This document shows, in pieces, positions 29,601 to 38,730 of a stretch of 64,000 nt of DNA (its first letter is position 1; each line of letters begins with the position of its first letter). The translations under genes were made by a program, and so were the position numbers. Under the pieces are notes generated by a model. The model worked only from the letters and a program-made list of their open reading frames with translations, was not told where the DNA came from and made no database searches. This DNA comes from a virus. Location of the stretch: the IMG/VR virus record IMGVR_UViG_3300024503_000419. The stretch is one strand, 5' to 3'.

Positions 29601-32600
29601 CTCAAAAGCAGCAGGTGATATAAACAGACAACAGGAAGAACTTGAGAAGAGGAGTGGTGATATAAACGTAGGACAACAGTCTACAACAGCTCCTCCACCC
29701 CCTTCAAGTGAGGGTAAGCTGAAGGCAGCTAGAAGATTCTTTGCTTCAAGTACAGGTCCTTCTGAGGCTGCTGAAGATCCTACACAGCTTTCTCCACAGG
29801 TGGTTCGCTCTAGGGTGTTTTTGAACAATGCTAAAAACTTCAAAAACAGAAACAAACTTAGAGCCTTCCTAGTTACACCAAATCAATTGGCTGGTCTTGG
29901 TCTCACTGGACTAATCCAAATGCAATACAACCTTCCATTAAACACTCCTTTGTCAGACATCCCAAATGCAGATAATGTAGACTTGGGACTTGTTGCACAG
30001 GTGTATGTTGAGGAAGATGCTGGTAAGTTGTATTTTGTAGATGAGAAGGGTGAGCGCATCAGTGAAGTGAATGGTCAACCTACTGATATGAGTAGGGTTG
30101 TATTCAAGGCAATGCCTACCACTGAGATCTATTATAACTATAAAGACAAGAATGGTAATCCAGTTCCTAAATATAGAGATGGTGAGAAGGAAATATTCCA
30201 GCAATATGCTAATGGCTGGAAACAAGCTAGAATAGGACTTTTTAAAGCTCCTGCATTTCCTATCAAACTGTATAAGTTTAACATATCAAGAGGTGTTGCA
30301 AAGACAAATAAAATAGATGGTAACTTTGTAAGAAGCCATGTTGGTAGCACCATTCTTCCTGAAGACAAGATAGGTACGCAGGAAGGATTGATTGTGATAA
30401 ACAAAGAAGGATTCATTACACACCAAGGAGATAACATTGGATGGCCTATTGGTTCTCCAGCAGTTCAGTTTGGTGACACTCTTGAATACATCAATAATAG
30501 TAGGTTTAGCAGAAACAAAGCTGTCTCTATTTATCAGGTGATAAAAGCTTTGGCTGCTGACACAATGAAACAGTATGAGTCTGGTAAGGGTATATCCCTC
30601 AATCAGGCTTACATGACATATTTGCAAAATGTTTTATATCTACGTAAGACAGGTGTTGTTAAAGCAGACAGCAATCAGTTCTTTATAGATACAGCAAACA
30701 TGTCCATCTCTCTAGGCGGTAAAGTGTATAAGCTGGATGAGATTGAAAACAATGAGAAGGAGATGGTAGAACAGCTTAGATCAATCTACCACAACCTAAA
30801 CTCATTCACACTAAAGGACAACTTCTATTCTCCTTTCTACGAGTATAGCTATGAAGATGGATCTCTGAAGGAAATAGAATGGCCTAACTACCAATCATAT
30901 CTGCTTTCTTCAAAGTATCCAGACGGTAAGTCTAGAAGCACTGAAGACACCCCTTATTTGACAAACGTAGCTCCTCCTACACCAGCTGTTCCATATTCTT
31001 TTGAACAGAAGTATTCTACATTAATTGATTTTGATTTTCCTGCTGTAGCTGCATCAAAAGCTGAACCTTCAGCTGCAGGTGTTCCTATGATAGGAGAATA
31101 TGATATGGGTGGAGAGAAGGTGAACACCTACCCATCCACACTTGGACCTATAGACTTTACAGGCACCATATCGAAAAAAGATGGAAAGGATGTAATTGAT
31201 GTAGATGTTAAGGACAATGACACCATCCTTAAGATTGCAAAGGATGCTGAGTTTGTTGAGAAGACAGTGGTTCCTACACTTAAGCAAGTGAAGGACTTTG
31301 ATGAATCAGATGATGATATTTCATTGGTTAAAAAGTGGGCAGGATATAGAGTGATGGGTCAGTTGTATGCAATGAAAGAAGCCCCAGTTGCGGAAGAAAA
31401 AGAAGAAGAAGAAGTTAAACCCACTGAAGAAAAGAAATTTAATGCAAACGATGCACTTCCTCCTTCAGATGAATACATGAGGGTGGGTGTCACTGAGGGT
31501 GCTGCCCCAATGACAGATGCTGAGTTTGAAGCGTTCAAACAGTTTCATGCAGAAAAAGTTCCAGGTATTCCATTTGAGGTGTTGGACAATGTTGTTACAA
31601 CACACGACAATGAAAAAGCTTTTGGTGTATTTGAGAATGGTGTGGCTAAGTTTCACAAACTTGCTCCTGCTACAACCCCTTATCATGAGATAGGTGAAGG
31701 TGTGTGGAAAGCATTCCTCACTCCTGAGCAAAGACAATTATTGTTAGAGGAGTTCAAAGCTAAGTCTGGTCAGTTTACAGACAGAGCTTCAGGAAAGAAA
31801 ATCTACTATGCTGATGCTACAGACCAGCAGGCTAAAGAAAGAATATTGGATGACTATGCTGAGTTCAGAGCTGGTAAGATAAAAGCCAAGTCTCTGGGAG
31901 AAAGAGTGTTAGCATTCTTCAGAAGCATTATAGAATTCTTCAAGCAATTTGTACAGAAACCTTCTATGAAGGAACAGTTGTTCAAAGCAATTGAATCTGG
32001 CAAGTTTAAAGAGTTCAAGGTTCCTGAGAGAGTGCAAAGAGACATTCCTGAATATATGCGTATTCCTGGACTTACAGAAACTCAGGCATATGACTTTGTA
32101 CAAGACATGATAATTCGTTCTGGCAGAATCCTATTTGGAGGAAGCAAGAAATCCATATTCAAACTCAACCCAATCACTGGTAGAGAAGTGTTCAACACTA
32201 TTGAGCAAGAATACATCAGGGAGAATAAAAGACAGCAGATGTCTGATGTTACATGGAACATGCTCAAGAAGAGAACAATAGACAGTCTTCGTACAATAGG
32301 AATCAACTATAACGAAGAGGATCTATTAAACATCAACTCTGAGGGAACTACAGGACTTGCCTATGCCCCAGAACCATTCTCTGTCAATTGGAAGAAGAGT
32401 TCTCCATTCCCTATAAAGTTCTTGGCATATGTTATGCCTAAGACAAAACCCACCAACCAGCAAAACTCTACATCCTTAAAACTCCCAGAAAGAGAAATCA
32501 CATCTAGTGTGCTAGGATTTAAGATGGCAGGATATGGAAGGGTATTCAGCACGCTATTCAGTAAGCTGGCTAACACCACCAATCCTAAATTGATGGGTAA

Positions 32601-35600
32601 GAAGCTTTCTGACCTAGCCAAATATGATGCTGACTTTGTTAGATTCTTCCAATACGTTGGTGGTAATCTGGACACAGGTGAAGTGGATTTCACAAACTTT
32701 AAAGATGCTGACTGGAGATTGTTCATCAACTTCTTCCAGACATTCAGCTTGCAAAAGCCTGAAGCACTTGCACAATATATAACAGGAAGTCAGGTTTATA
32801 CAGCTCCTGCCAATCAGTTCACTGCTGCAAAAGAAATTGAATACGGATGGTATGAGGGAATCAAAACGTTGTCCAAAGATCCTAACTCAATTGTAAAATG
32901 GAACAAGGAGAAGAAAACGTACGAGGTTAATACGAATGAGAAAGTTTACCCAACAAGCATGCCAAAGAATCCTGAAGACCAGATTGAGTTCTTGTCTAAG
33001 ATTGGCATTACATTCACTCTAGGTGACTATGCTAATCTAAAGGATGAGGGTAAAGACGAGTTCTCAGAAGCTGTAGGAAACATATACACCTATCTGAAAC
33101 GAACAAAAGAGATAGGTATAGTGAGTGGAAAAGAACTAGGTATCAATTCTTATGTATCTGCTCTAGCCAACCTTTTGATAGAATCAACCAATCCTCTCAC
33201 CGATAGCACCTATCCTGGTGTGGATGGATCAAGACTTCAAACCTATACACAGAACAACTACTTCTCTGTGTTTGAAAATGAATTCAATGAGGCAGAAACT
33301 CTTGAGGATTTGATTTCTATGAGACCAGAACTCCAAGACATCTTCTCTAAGAACAGCATTTCTCTAATGAAGAATGGACTGTTCTACAAGGCTGATGGTA
33401 CAAAGATGAGGCTAATCAAGGTTTCGTACATACAGGGTGAGAAGAACAACAACACAAACACTGGTAAGACAACCAACAGTTTACCTCTTGGACAAAGAAT
33501 GACCCAAGAGATCAACCAGAACCTAAAAGGAAACTACTATATAATGCTCCCTGCAGATTCATCTACAGAGTGGATGATGAACATGGGCAACTATATTACA
33601 TTTGATGACATCAAGAATGGCAGATCTTGGAACAGACTTTACAAGGTGTTCAAGGGCTATTTGATAGATGACATAAATGTTGCTTTGGATTGGGAGAACA
33701 GGTCTAAGATTAGGAACATTGGAAACAAAGCAAAAGAACTTCGTTTCTTCAAGGATATACTCTCAACATATAACAGCGCTGGAGAACTGGTTCCTTCAGC
33801 TGTACTCAACGAAATAAACAAAAGAATTGAAGCAGGAGAGTCTATTGACCAAATAAAAGAATACATAGATCGTGAGGATGTTACAGAGAAGATCAATGAG
33901 ATGGTTAAAATATCTGTTGAAGAAAATGTAACTAGAACCAGAGAAGCTCTTATGTCAGAAAGCCAGATCGTTCTGCTTTCTAAACGTGAGCAAGATGATC
34001 CAAACATGTATGCCTATCCAAAGCTTGATGATAGTTTCACTAATAGCAAGAATGTTTCTTTGAATAAATTTAAACTTTCAGAAGAAAGTGTTAATAATAT
34101 TCTAACGTTTGCCAGGATGAACTATATGATTGCTAATATAGAGTTCCACAAAATTCTATTTGGTGATCCATATCAGTTCAAGATAAAGGATAACATTCTT
34201 GATGAAACCAAACGTGTGAAGTCATTTGGTTCTCCAAGAAGAGTGACATTTGACACTCCTGAGTATAACAGCTCATTGAATGATGAGTATAACAAGGTGG
34301 GTGATGTGTCCTTGGATCCTGAAGAACTTGGTTATCATTTACACAAAGACTACGCTAACACCATCACGGTGAAGGATATTGAGTTCTCAACTCCACTGTA
34401 TAAAGAAGTGAATGAGGCAGATGCTGATTCTTGGCTGATGGATACAGCATACAGAGAGCTTAAGCTCAAGAATGCACAGTGGCCAGAAGAAGCTGAAGAA
34501 TGGCATCAATGGCAAATGGCTTACACCAGACAGAATATGCCAGGCTATGAGTATAAGAATGAGCAATTAAGAAAGCTTGATCAAGAACGTCTTAAGAAGC
34601 CTGAGCCTTTGTTTGTGCTTGAAAAGCTTAAGCCAGTTGCTACAGGAACCAAAGCTGCTTCAACAAACATTAATCTCGTAGTTGATAAGTTTGCACAGCT
34701 TCCTATATATTACAAAGCTGTTCAGGGAAGAAACCTTGAGAAGCTTTACACTAAGATGTGGAAGGAGAAGGTTGATTATGCTGTAATGGTTAGTGGTAGA
34801 AAGCTGGGTGCTGAGAAGCTTCAGAACCTCTATGCCAACAATCAGTTTAACGATGCTCCATTTGACAACTTTGTTAAGGTGCCTTGGAAAGCTCTTGGTA
34901 TTCAGGTGGAAAACTCTTATGAGAATCCTAAGGATCAAACGTGGGGATCTCAGCCTTCAAAGATATCTAGCATGGACTTCTTCAATAATGGTAAAGAGGC
35001 TATAGCTGGTGCTGAGAAGGCATACAAAGATTACATAGATGCTACCAAGAGGTATCATGACAATAAGTATCAGCAGCTTCTAAACAAGCTTGGTCTTAAA
35101 GATTTGGGAGATGGATTTAAACTTGTTGATCCTGTGGCTGTTGCAGAAACTCTTGAGGGTGAATTCTTCAGAAGACAACTTTCTGAGAATGTGAAATATG
35201 CTATCCAGTTGGACGAGAACAAACAGTTCCCTATTCCTTTTGAAGCATCTACACACTACACGCAGATTAAGGACATTCTCTACTCAATGGTGAATAAGTC
35301 TTTGGTGAGTCCTAAGTTGAACGGTGGGCCTAAGGCTATGTCATCTGTCACTCTTTGGGAGAAAGGAAAGAGAGATCCAAATGCTCCAAACCCAGAACTT
35401 AAGTTCTATACAAAGGACGATCCATATATTGAGATATTGCTTCCTTATAAGTATAAGAGCAAGTTTAATAAGAGAAGATTCCCAACAGATGAGTCTATTC
35501 TAGAATACCTGAATAGCACTCCAGAGGGCAAACAAATAATACAGGGTGTTGCTTTCCGTGTTCCTTGTGATGCACAGAATAAGATTGACACATATAGAAT

Positions 35601-38600
35601 AAAAGGTTTCCTTCCAGAATTCATGGGAGATGTTGTAATTGTTCCTTCAGAACTTACAACAAAAGCAGGTCTTGACTTTGACTTTGATAAGATGAGCACC
35701 TACCTCAAGTCTATATATGTAGACAAGAATGGTAATGTTCGTTTGGTTAAATACCTTGGCTCTGAAGAAGCTACAAAGGATTTCTTTGGTAAGGTGTTTG
35801 ATGATAGACTTGAGAAGAAGAAGGTGAATAAAGCTGAGATATTGGATGCTCTGCAAATCCTTGACCTGGGACTTGAAGATCCAAACAATCTGGTAGAAAG
35901 ATACTCAGACCTTCTGGATTTGCTTCTTGAAGATGCTACAGCAGAAGATCGTGCTGATGTCCTTATAAAGGAACTTGAAAGTTTAGGAGATGCAAATCTC
36001 CAAGCTACTATGAGAGATAGATATGTGAACGACATGTACAACCGTGCTCTTGAGAATGAATACTTCCAAACTCTTGAGAATATGCTCACCCTTCCTGGCA
36101 ACTATGATAGAAGACTTGTTCCTACCAATGATGCTGGTTTGAAGGAAGTGGCAAATGAAATAAACAGACTTAGAGGAATAGATACTGATAAGGTGAAGAA
36201 CAGACTTCTGGATGGTACATACATGACCACACTTAGAAATGACTTCATCACAGGTAAGGCATGGATAGGTATTGTTGCTACAAACATCACTTCTCATTCT
36301 CTATTCCAAAAAACCCAAACTCATCTAGATCCTTTAAAACTGTCACAGTTGTCTGACTTTGAGAGGTCAATTATTGGAAATGGTAGTATAGTTCTTCCAC
36401 ATAACACTGTGAATATCAATGGAATAGAACGTCTTTCATTGTCTGGATCTAAAACTGCTGATGGAAACAATCAATACATTTCTGACAGACTTGCTGGATA
36501 TGGTACAGCTGTTCTTGATGTGTCTAAGGATAGATTCATCATGGATATCATCTATTCAGATTTGCTGATAAGTCCAACCATGTTCCTTGAGAGAATTGGA
36601 TCAGGTGCATACGTTTCTAAGTTTATTAACCAGCCCATCATCAGAAAGTACATTTCTTATCTGGAAGGAAAAGGAGACAAGAGATTGTTCTCTTCTGCAA
36701 ACGTAAAAGCTGTCAAAGCTTTCTTCCCCACTACATCCTCACTCACTTACACAGTGGGTATAGATATAAAAAACTTTGATAATAATATTGAACAATACGC
36801 AAAAGAAAGTCTCACGAGTGAACAGAATGCTGAACAGCATAACATCCTTGATGAGTTTTTGAAATATGCCAAGATGGCTCAGTATAGTTACAAACTTACA
36901 CAAGCCATCAACTATGACACATCTAAGTCAAGAAACTCAGATTCCTTCTCAAGGAAGCAAACCAAAACAGGAATTGCTCAACAGAAAAACATCTTCTGCT
37001 GTGCAGAGAAAATCCTCAATGCTTCCTTTATAGGTAACCAAAGAGACTTGATTGACTTGATGATGTCTTCTATGGGAGAGATAATTAAGACTGAGCAAGA
37101 CAAGTTTAGAGTGATAACTGACTCAGTATTAACACCTTATGAAGAAGTGGACTTTATGGCAGATGAGAACTTTGAGAAGGTGGCAAGTAAACTCAAGGCT
37201 AGCTTCATTGATTACATCATTCAAACCAAGACCAATCTAAATGAGGAGCTTGCAAGCTTAACACTTGGAGACAACTCTGTAGCTAAACAGCTTGAGCAGG
37301 CAAAGAAGAAATACCCAACATTGAGAATACTTAACGAGCTCCAAGTTGTAACTGGTGATAGAGAGGGAGGTGCTCAAAGCATCAAAACTAGAGTGAAGAT
37401 AACAGATCCTGTAGATGAGAACATTTACACAGAGATGATGAGAGAGCTGAATGATGTTGATCCTGACCTCTTCAACAACATTGTTAAGGTGGCTCTGATA
37501 CAGGGAGTTTATGACTCTTCTATATCCATAAAGAACATTATTCCTCCAGAGAAGTATTCTGAGAAGGTGAAGCCTATTATTGATTCTCTGGCTCCAACAT
37601 TGGATGTACAATTGTTCTCTAAAGGAGCTTTCCAAAAGAACAACTGGAACGATGATAATGTGATGCCTGTAGCTAAGATAAAGCTGTTTGAAGATGAAAG
37701 TGTAGCACCTTTTGAAGACCAATATGGCAATCAATATTACAGATATAAATCTCCATCATTTGGGGCAATAAAAGAATTGGGAATCAAAGATGACCTTGAC
37801 AGGAGAATAATGTTGATTGATCCTAAGTTTAACTCTTCAGATGCACAATACGAGTTTTTGAAGGTTCGTAGAATCACACTCATTGAAAACCTTGGAGAAT
37901 TGGTTGACATGGAAACAGGTCTCACCATAACAAATGCAGCTGTCTACAACAGAAGAAAGTCAGGAGACCTATCTGTAGATAATGTGTATGGCTATCAGAA
38001 GGTGAGAGATGCTTTGGGTAATCCTGTAACAACATATAAGGGAGAATATGTATACAAGCTTGTAAACCTGTTGGGAGATGGCAACCGTGCTTCTGAATAC
38101 TATGCTGACAACAGACGTTCTATATACAACAATGGAACTGTTCAGATTGATAATGAGATTCCTGATGAGGACATTATAAATTATTTTAGTGGCGTTGTTA
38201 AAGCTGAAAAACAAGTTGTACCTTCACAATTAGTTGATGAAGAAGTTAGTGACACAGATATAAATGAGTTAATTACAATAAACTTGGCTGAAGAAAATTC
38301 AACAGTAGGTGAAGCTTATGAGATAGGTCTTATTGATAATGAGTTTAAATTGAATTATGTATTTGAAGATTTCAAGACCTACAAAGAAAACATTGACAAG
38401 GGTGAAAGATTAATTGCAGAAGGTAAAAACAAGGAAGCTCTTGAGTTTTTGAATAAGGTTCCAACACCTCGTGAGTTTGATGAAGATGGAAATGTTGTAG
38501 ATGCTAGTATTGATAATGAAACTCTTTTGGCAAAAATGATATGGCTTCATTATGAAAACATATATGATAAATCACCTGCTAAAGCTATAAGAGGTGCAAT

Positions 38601-38730
38601 TAATGATATTGTGAATGATCTGACCAGTGCTTCAAAAAGAGTGAGTGACTATAGAAAAGGAAATGAAGAGATATCTGCTAAAGAGTTTCCTAATAAAGAT
38701 CTAGACATTAAAGACGAAAAATGTAAATAA
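26689..38730 (+). CDS. Virion-packaged DNA-dependent RNA polymerase polyprotein, crAss-like two-barrel type
   Basis: 4013 aa; catalytic GLDFDFDKM (35674-35691) preceded by AFRVP (35557), as in the phi14:2 gp66-type DFDxD RNAP; N-terminal hydrophobic ejection-like region; zincin-like YHEIGE at 31684. Confidence 0.9.
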   Translation: MPIFDKELIDNVHEDGSLKGPTPVLGSFAGTKVDMNAFGRGALFAPSSKVGLSLKEIKAIQGTPGPKGFDQLFPAALESELLANQRYPVYERGVDLEQIYALQQPWYQTLSNGVAKLGINAIGTFAQSLTNIPNTISAIKNGEASKLSGDPNGYEGTIDKWMRDMNDVLPNYASQYSREHPFLSAIPFTRGSAYWWGEKFLPNIGFMVGAVGGAALQDIAIGAVTQGLGEIPLVASQVGKAALYLNRLFSSETKLDRLLEAGRALGKTEQQLLNVKRLGELAAAAKVGSGFRYGTAIAGASMTESGVESRGAYTQVKDELTRQYIAENGKEPDFAAAQEIENYATNAMNARFGINMALLTASNTLQFGNLFRSMTAARGAVTQLEGIGKIGLAEGSLDVFEKQGAKTVAGKVWDSVKPGVGNIFREGVFEEGGQFAAERGTYDYYTRKYKSDKYKGTWDDLNELIKSTTFGMKEQFGSVEGIENMLIGGLTGLIVGKVQNLYEEKKGIGEKARTGTALNILNRFGMTNTLQRKYDDTVTQAGILRDMQEAAKSNDVFRYKNLQSDAFFNFVQSRIPYGMHDVTVEQLNMLKDLSKEQFEQMFQLDFNETNKATVSEYVDALINKANEIKKTSDAINQTFVNPFKNAPKEGDVASQIEADNYNTFEDYKLDLAYYASIAPEVNRRLSSIQQDVTNIVPGVSNNMLSQLTSESGLKALSEMYEQKANMLNSTVTELTPVQEKIAIKNQVKALRTRSEKISMALGEGKITDKLFEDLLNFEMNNQDATKENIVPLAQVQKLRDYGFDINRNLERKKIAADAFDKLSTKEGFEKYYEQAEQIAADKEEAEKEEVKPVEEKKEPVYKNVAGVEEKLEKNREYQIPKAKIASVKKLADDRWSVSYPGGATTFYKTQEDAKLAADDINDELGNLQKVRVLEFNEDGSVKVENLKGDIFNIQPSRLAGYERVETKEEKFSKAAGDINRQQEELEKRSGDINVGQQSTTAPPPPSSEGKLKAARRFFASSTGPSEAAEDPTQLSPQVVRSRVFLNNAKNFKNRNKLRAFLVTPNQLAGLGLTGLIQMQYNLPLNTPLSDIPNADNVDLGLVAQVYVEEDAGKLYFVDEKGERISEVNGQPTDMSRVVFKAMPTTEIYYNYKDKNGNPVPKYRDGEKEIFQQYANGWKQARIGLFKAPAFPIKLYKFNISRGVAKTNKIDGNFVRSHVGSTILPEDKIGTQEGLIVINKEGFITHQGDNIGWPIGSPAVQFGDTLEYINNSRFSRNKAVSIYQVIKALAADTMKQYESGKGISLNQAYMTYLQNVLYLRKTGVVKADSNQFFIDTANMSISLGGKVYKLDEIENNEKEMVEQLRSIYHNLNSFTLKDNFYSPFYEYSYEDGSLKEIEWPNYQSYLLSSKYPDGKSRSTEDTPYLTNVAPPTPAVPYSFEQKYSTLIDFDFPAVAASKAEPSAAGVPMIGEYDMGGEKVNTYPSTLGPIDFTGTISKKDGKDVIDVDVKDNDTILKIAKDAEFVEKTVVPTLKQVKDFDESDDDISLVKKWAGYRVMGQLYAMKEAPVAEEKEEEEVKPTEEKKFNANDALPPSDEYMRVGVTEGAAPMTDAEFEAFKQFHAEKVPGIPFEVLDNVVTTHDNEKAFGVFENGVAKFHKLAPATTPYHEIGEGVWKAFLTPEQRQLLLEEFKAKSGQFTDRASGKKIYYADATDQQAKERILDDYAEFRAGKIKAKSLGERVLAFFRSIIEFFKQFVQKPSMKEQLFKAIESGKFKEFKVPERVQRDIPEYMRIPGLTETQAYDFVQDMIIRSGRILFGGSKKSIFKLNPITGREVFNTIEQEYIRENKRQQMSDVTWNMLKKRTIDSLRTIGINYNEEDLLNINSEGTTGLAYAPEPFSVNWKKSSPFPIKFLAYVMPKTKPTNQQNSTSLKLPEREITSSVLGFKMAGYGRVFSTLFSKLANTTNPKLMGKKLSDLAKYDADFVRFFQYVGGNLDTGEVDFTNFKDADWRLFINFFQTFSLQKPEALAQYITGSQVYTAPANQFTAAKEIEYGWYEGIKTLSKDPNSIVKWNKEKKTYEVNTNEKVYPTSMPKNPEDQIEFLSKIGITFTLGDYANLKDEGKDEFSEAVGNIYTYLKRTKEIGIVSGKELGINSYVSALANLLIESTNPLTDSTYPGVDGSRLQTYTQNNYFSVFENEFNEAETLEDLISMRPELQDIFSKNSISLMKNGLFYKADGTKMRLIKVSYIQGEKNNNTNTGKTTNSLPLGQRMTQEINQNLKGNYYIMLPADSSTEWMMNMGNYITFDDIKNGRSWNRLYKVFKGYLIDDINVALDWENRSKIRNIGNKAKELRFFKDILSTYNSAGELVPSAVLNEINKRIEAGESIDQIKEYIDREDVTEKINEMVKISVEENVTRTREALMSESQIVLLSKREQDDPNMYAYPKLDDSFTNSKNVSLNKFKLSEESVNNILTFARMNYMIANIEFHKILFGDPYQFKIKDNILDETKRVKSFGSPRRVTFDTPEYNSSLNDEYNKVGDVSLDPEELGYHLHKDYANTITVKDIEFSTPLYKEVNEADADSWLMDTAYRELKLKNAQWPEEAEEWHQWQMAYTRQNMPGYEYKNEQLRKLDQERLKKPEPLFVLEKLKPVATGTKAASTNINLVVDKFAQLPIYYKAVQGRNLEKLYTKMWKEKVDYAVMVSGRKLGAEKLQNLYANNQFNDAPFDNFVKVPWKALGIQVENSYENPKDQTWGSQPSKISSMDFFNNGKEAIAGAEKAYKDYIDATKRYHDNKYQQLLNKLGLKDLGDGFKLVDPVAVAETLEGEFFRRQLSENVKYAIQLDENKQFPIPFEASTHYTQIKDILYSMVNKSLVSPKLNGGPKAMSSVTLWEKGKRDPNAPNPELKFYTKDDPYIEILLPYKYKSKFNKRRFPTDESILEYLNSTPEGKQIIQGVAFRVPCDAQNKIDTYRIKGFLPEFMGDVVIVPSELTTKAGLDFDFDKMSTYLKSIYVDKNGNVRLVKYLGSEEATKDFFGKVFDDRLEKKKVNKAEILDALQILDLGLEDPNNLVERYSDLLDLLLEDATAEDRADVLIKELESLGDANLQATMRDRYVNDMYNRALENEYFQTLENMLTLPGNYDRRLVPTNDAGLKEVANEINRLRGIDTDKVKNRLLDGTYMTTLRNDFITGKAWIGIVATNITSHSLFQKTQTHLDPLKLSQLSDFERSIIGNGSIVLPHNTVNINGIERLSLSGSKTADGNNQYISDRLAGYGTAVLDVSKDRFIMDIIYSDLLISPTMFLERIGSGAYVSKFINQPIIRKYISYLEGKGDKRLFSSANVKAVKAFFPTTSSLTYTVGIDIKNFDNNIEQYAKESLTSEQNAEQHNILDEFLKYAKMAQYSYKLTQAINYDTSKSRNSDSFSRKQTKTGIAQQKNIFCCAEKILNASFIGNQRDLIDLMMSSMGEIIKTEQDKFRVITDSVLTPYEEVDFMADENFEKVASKLKASFIDYIIQTKTNLNEELASLTLGDNSVAKQLEQAKKKYPTLRILNELQVVTGDREGGAQSIKTRVKITDPVDENIYTEMMRELNDVDPDLFNNIVKVALIQGVYDSSISIKNIIPPEKYSEKVKPIIDSLAPTLDVQLFSKGAFQKNNWNDDNVMPVAKIKLFEDESVAPFEDQYGNQYYRYKSPSFGAIKELGIKDDLDRRIMLIDPKFNSSDAQYEFLKVRRITLIENLGELVDMETGLTITNAAVYNRRKSGDLSVDNVYGYQKVRDALGNPVTTYKGEYVYKLVNLLGDGNRASEYYADNRRSIYNNGTVQIDNEIPDEDIINYFSGVVKAEKQVVPSQLVDEEVSDTDINELITINLAEENSTVGEAYEIGLIDNEFKLNYVFEDFKTYKENIDKGERLIAEGKNKEALEFLNKVPTPREFDEDGNVVDASIDNETLLAKMIWLHYENIYDKSPAKAIRGAINDIVNDLTSASKRVSDYRKGNEEISAKEFPNKDLDIKDEKCK

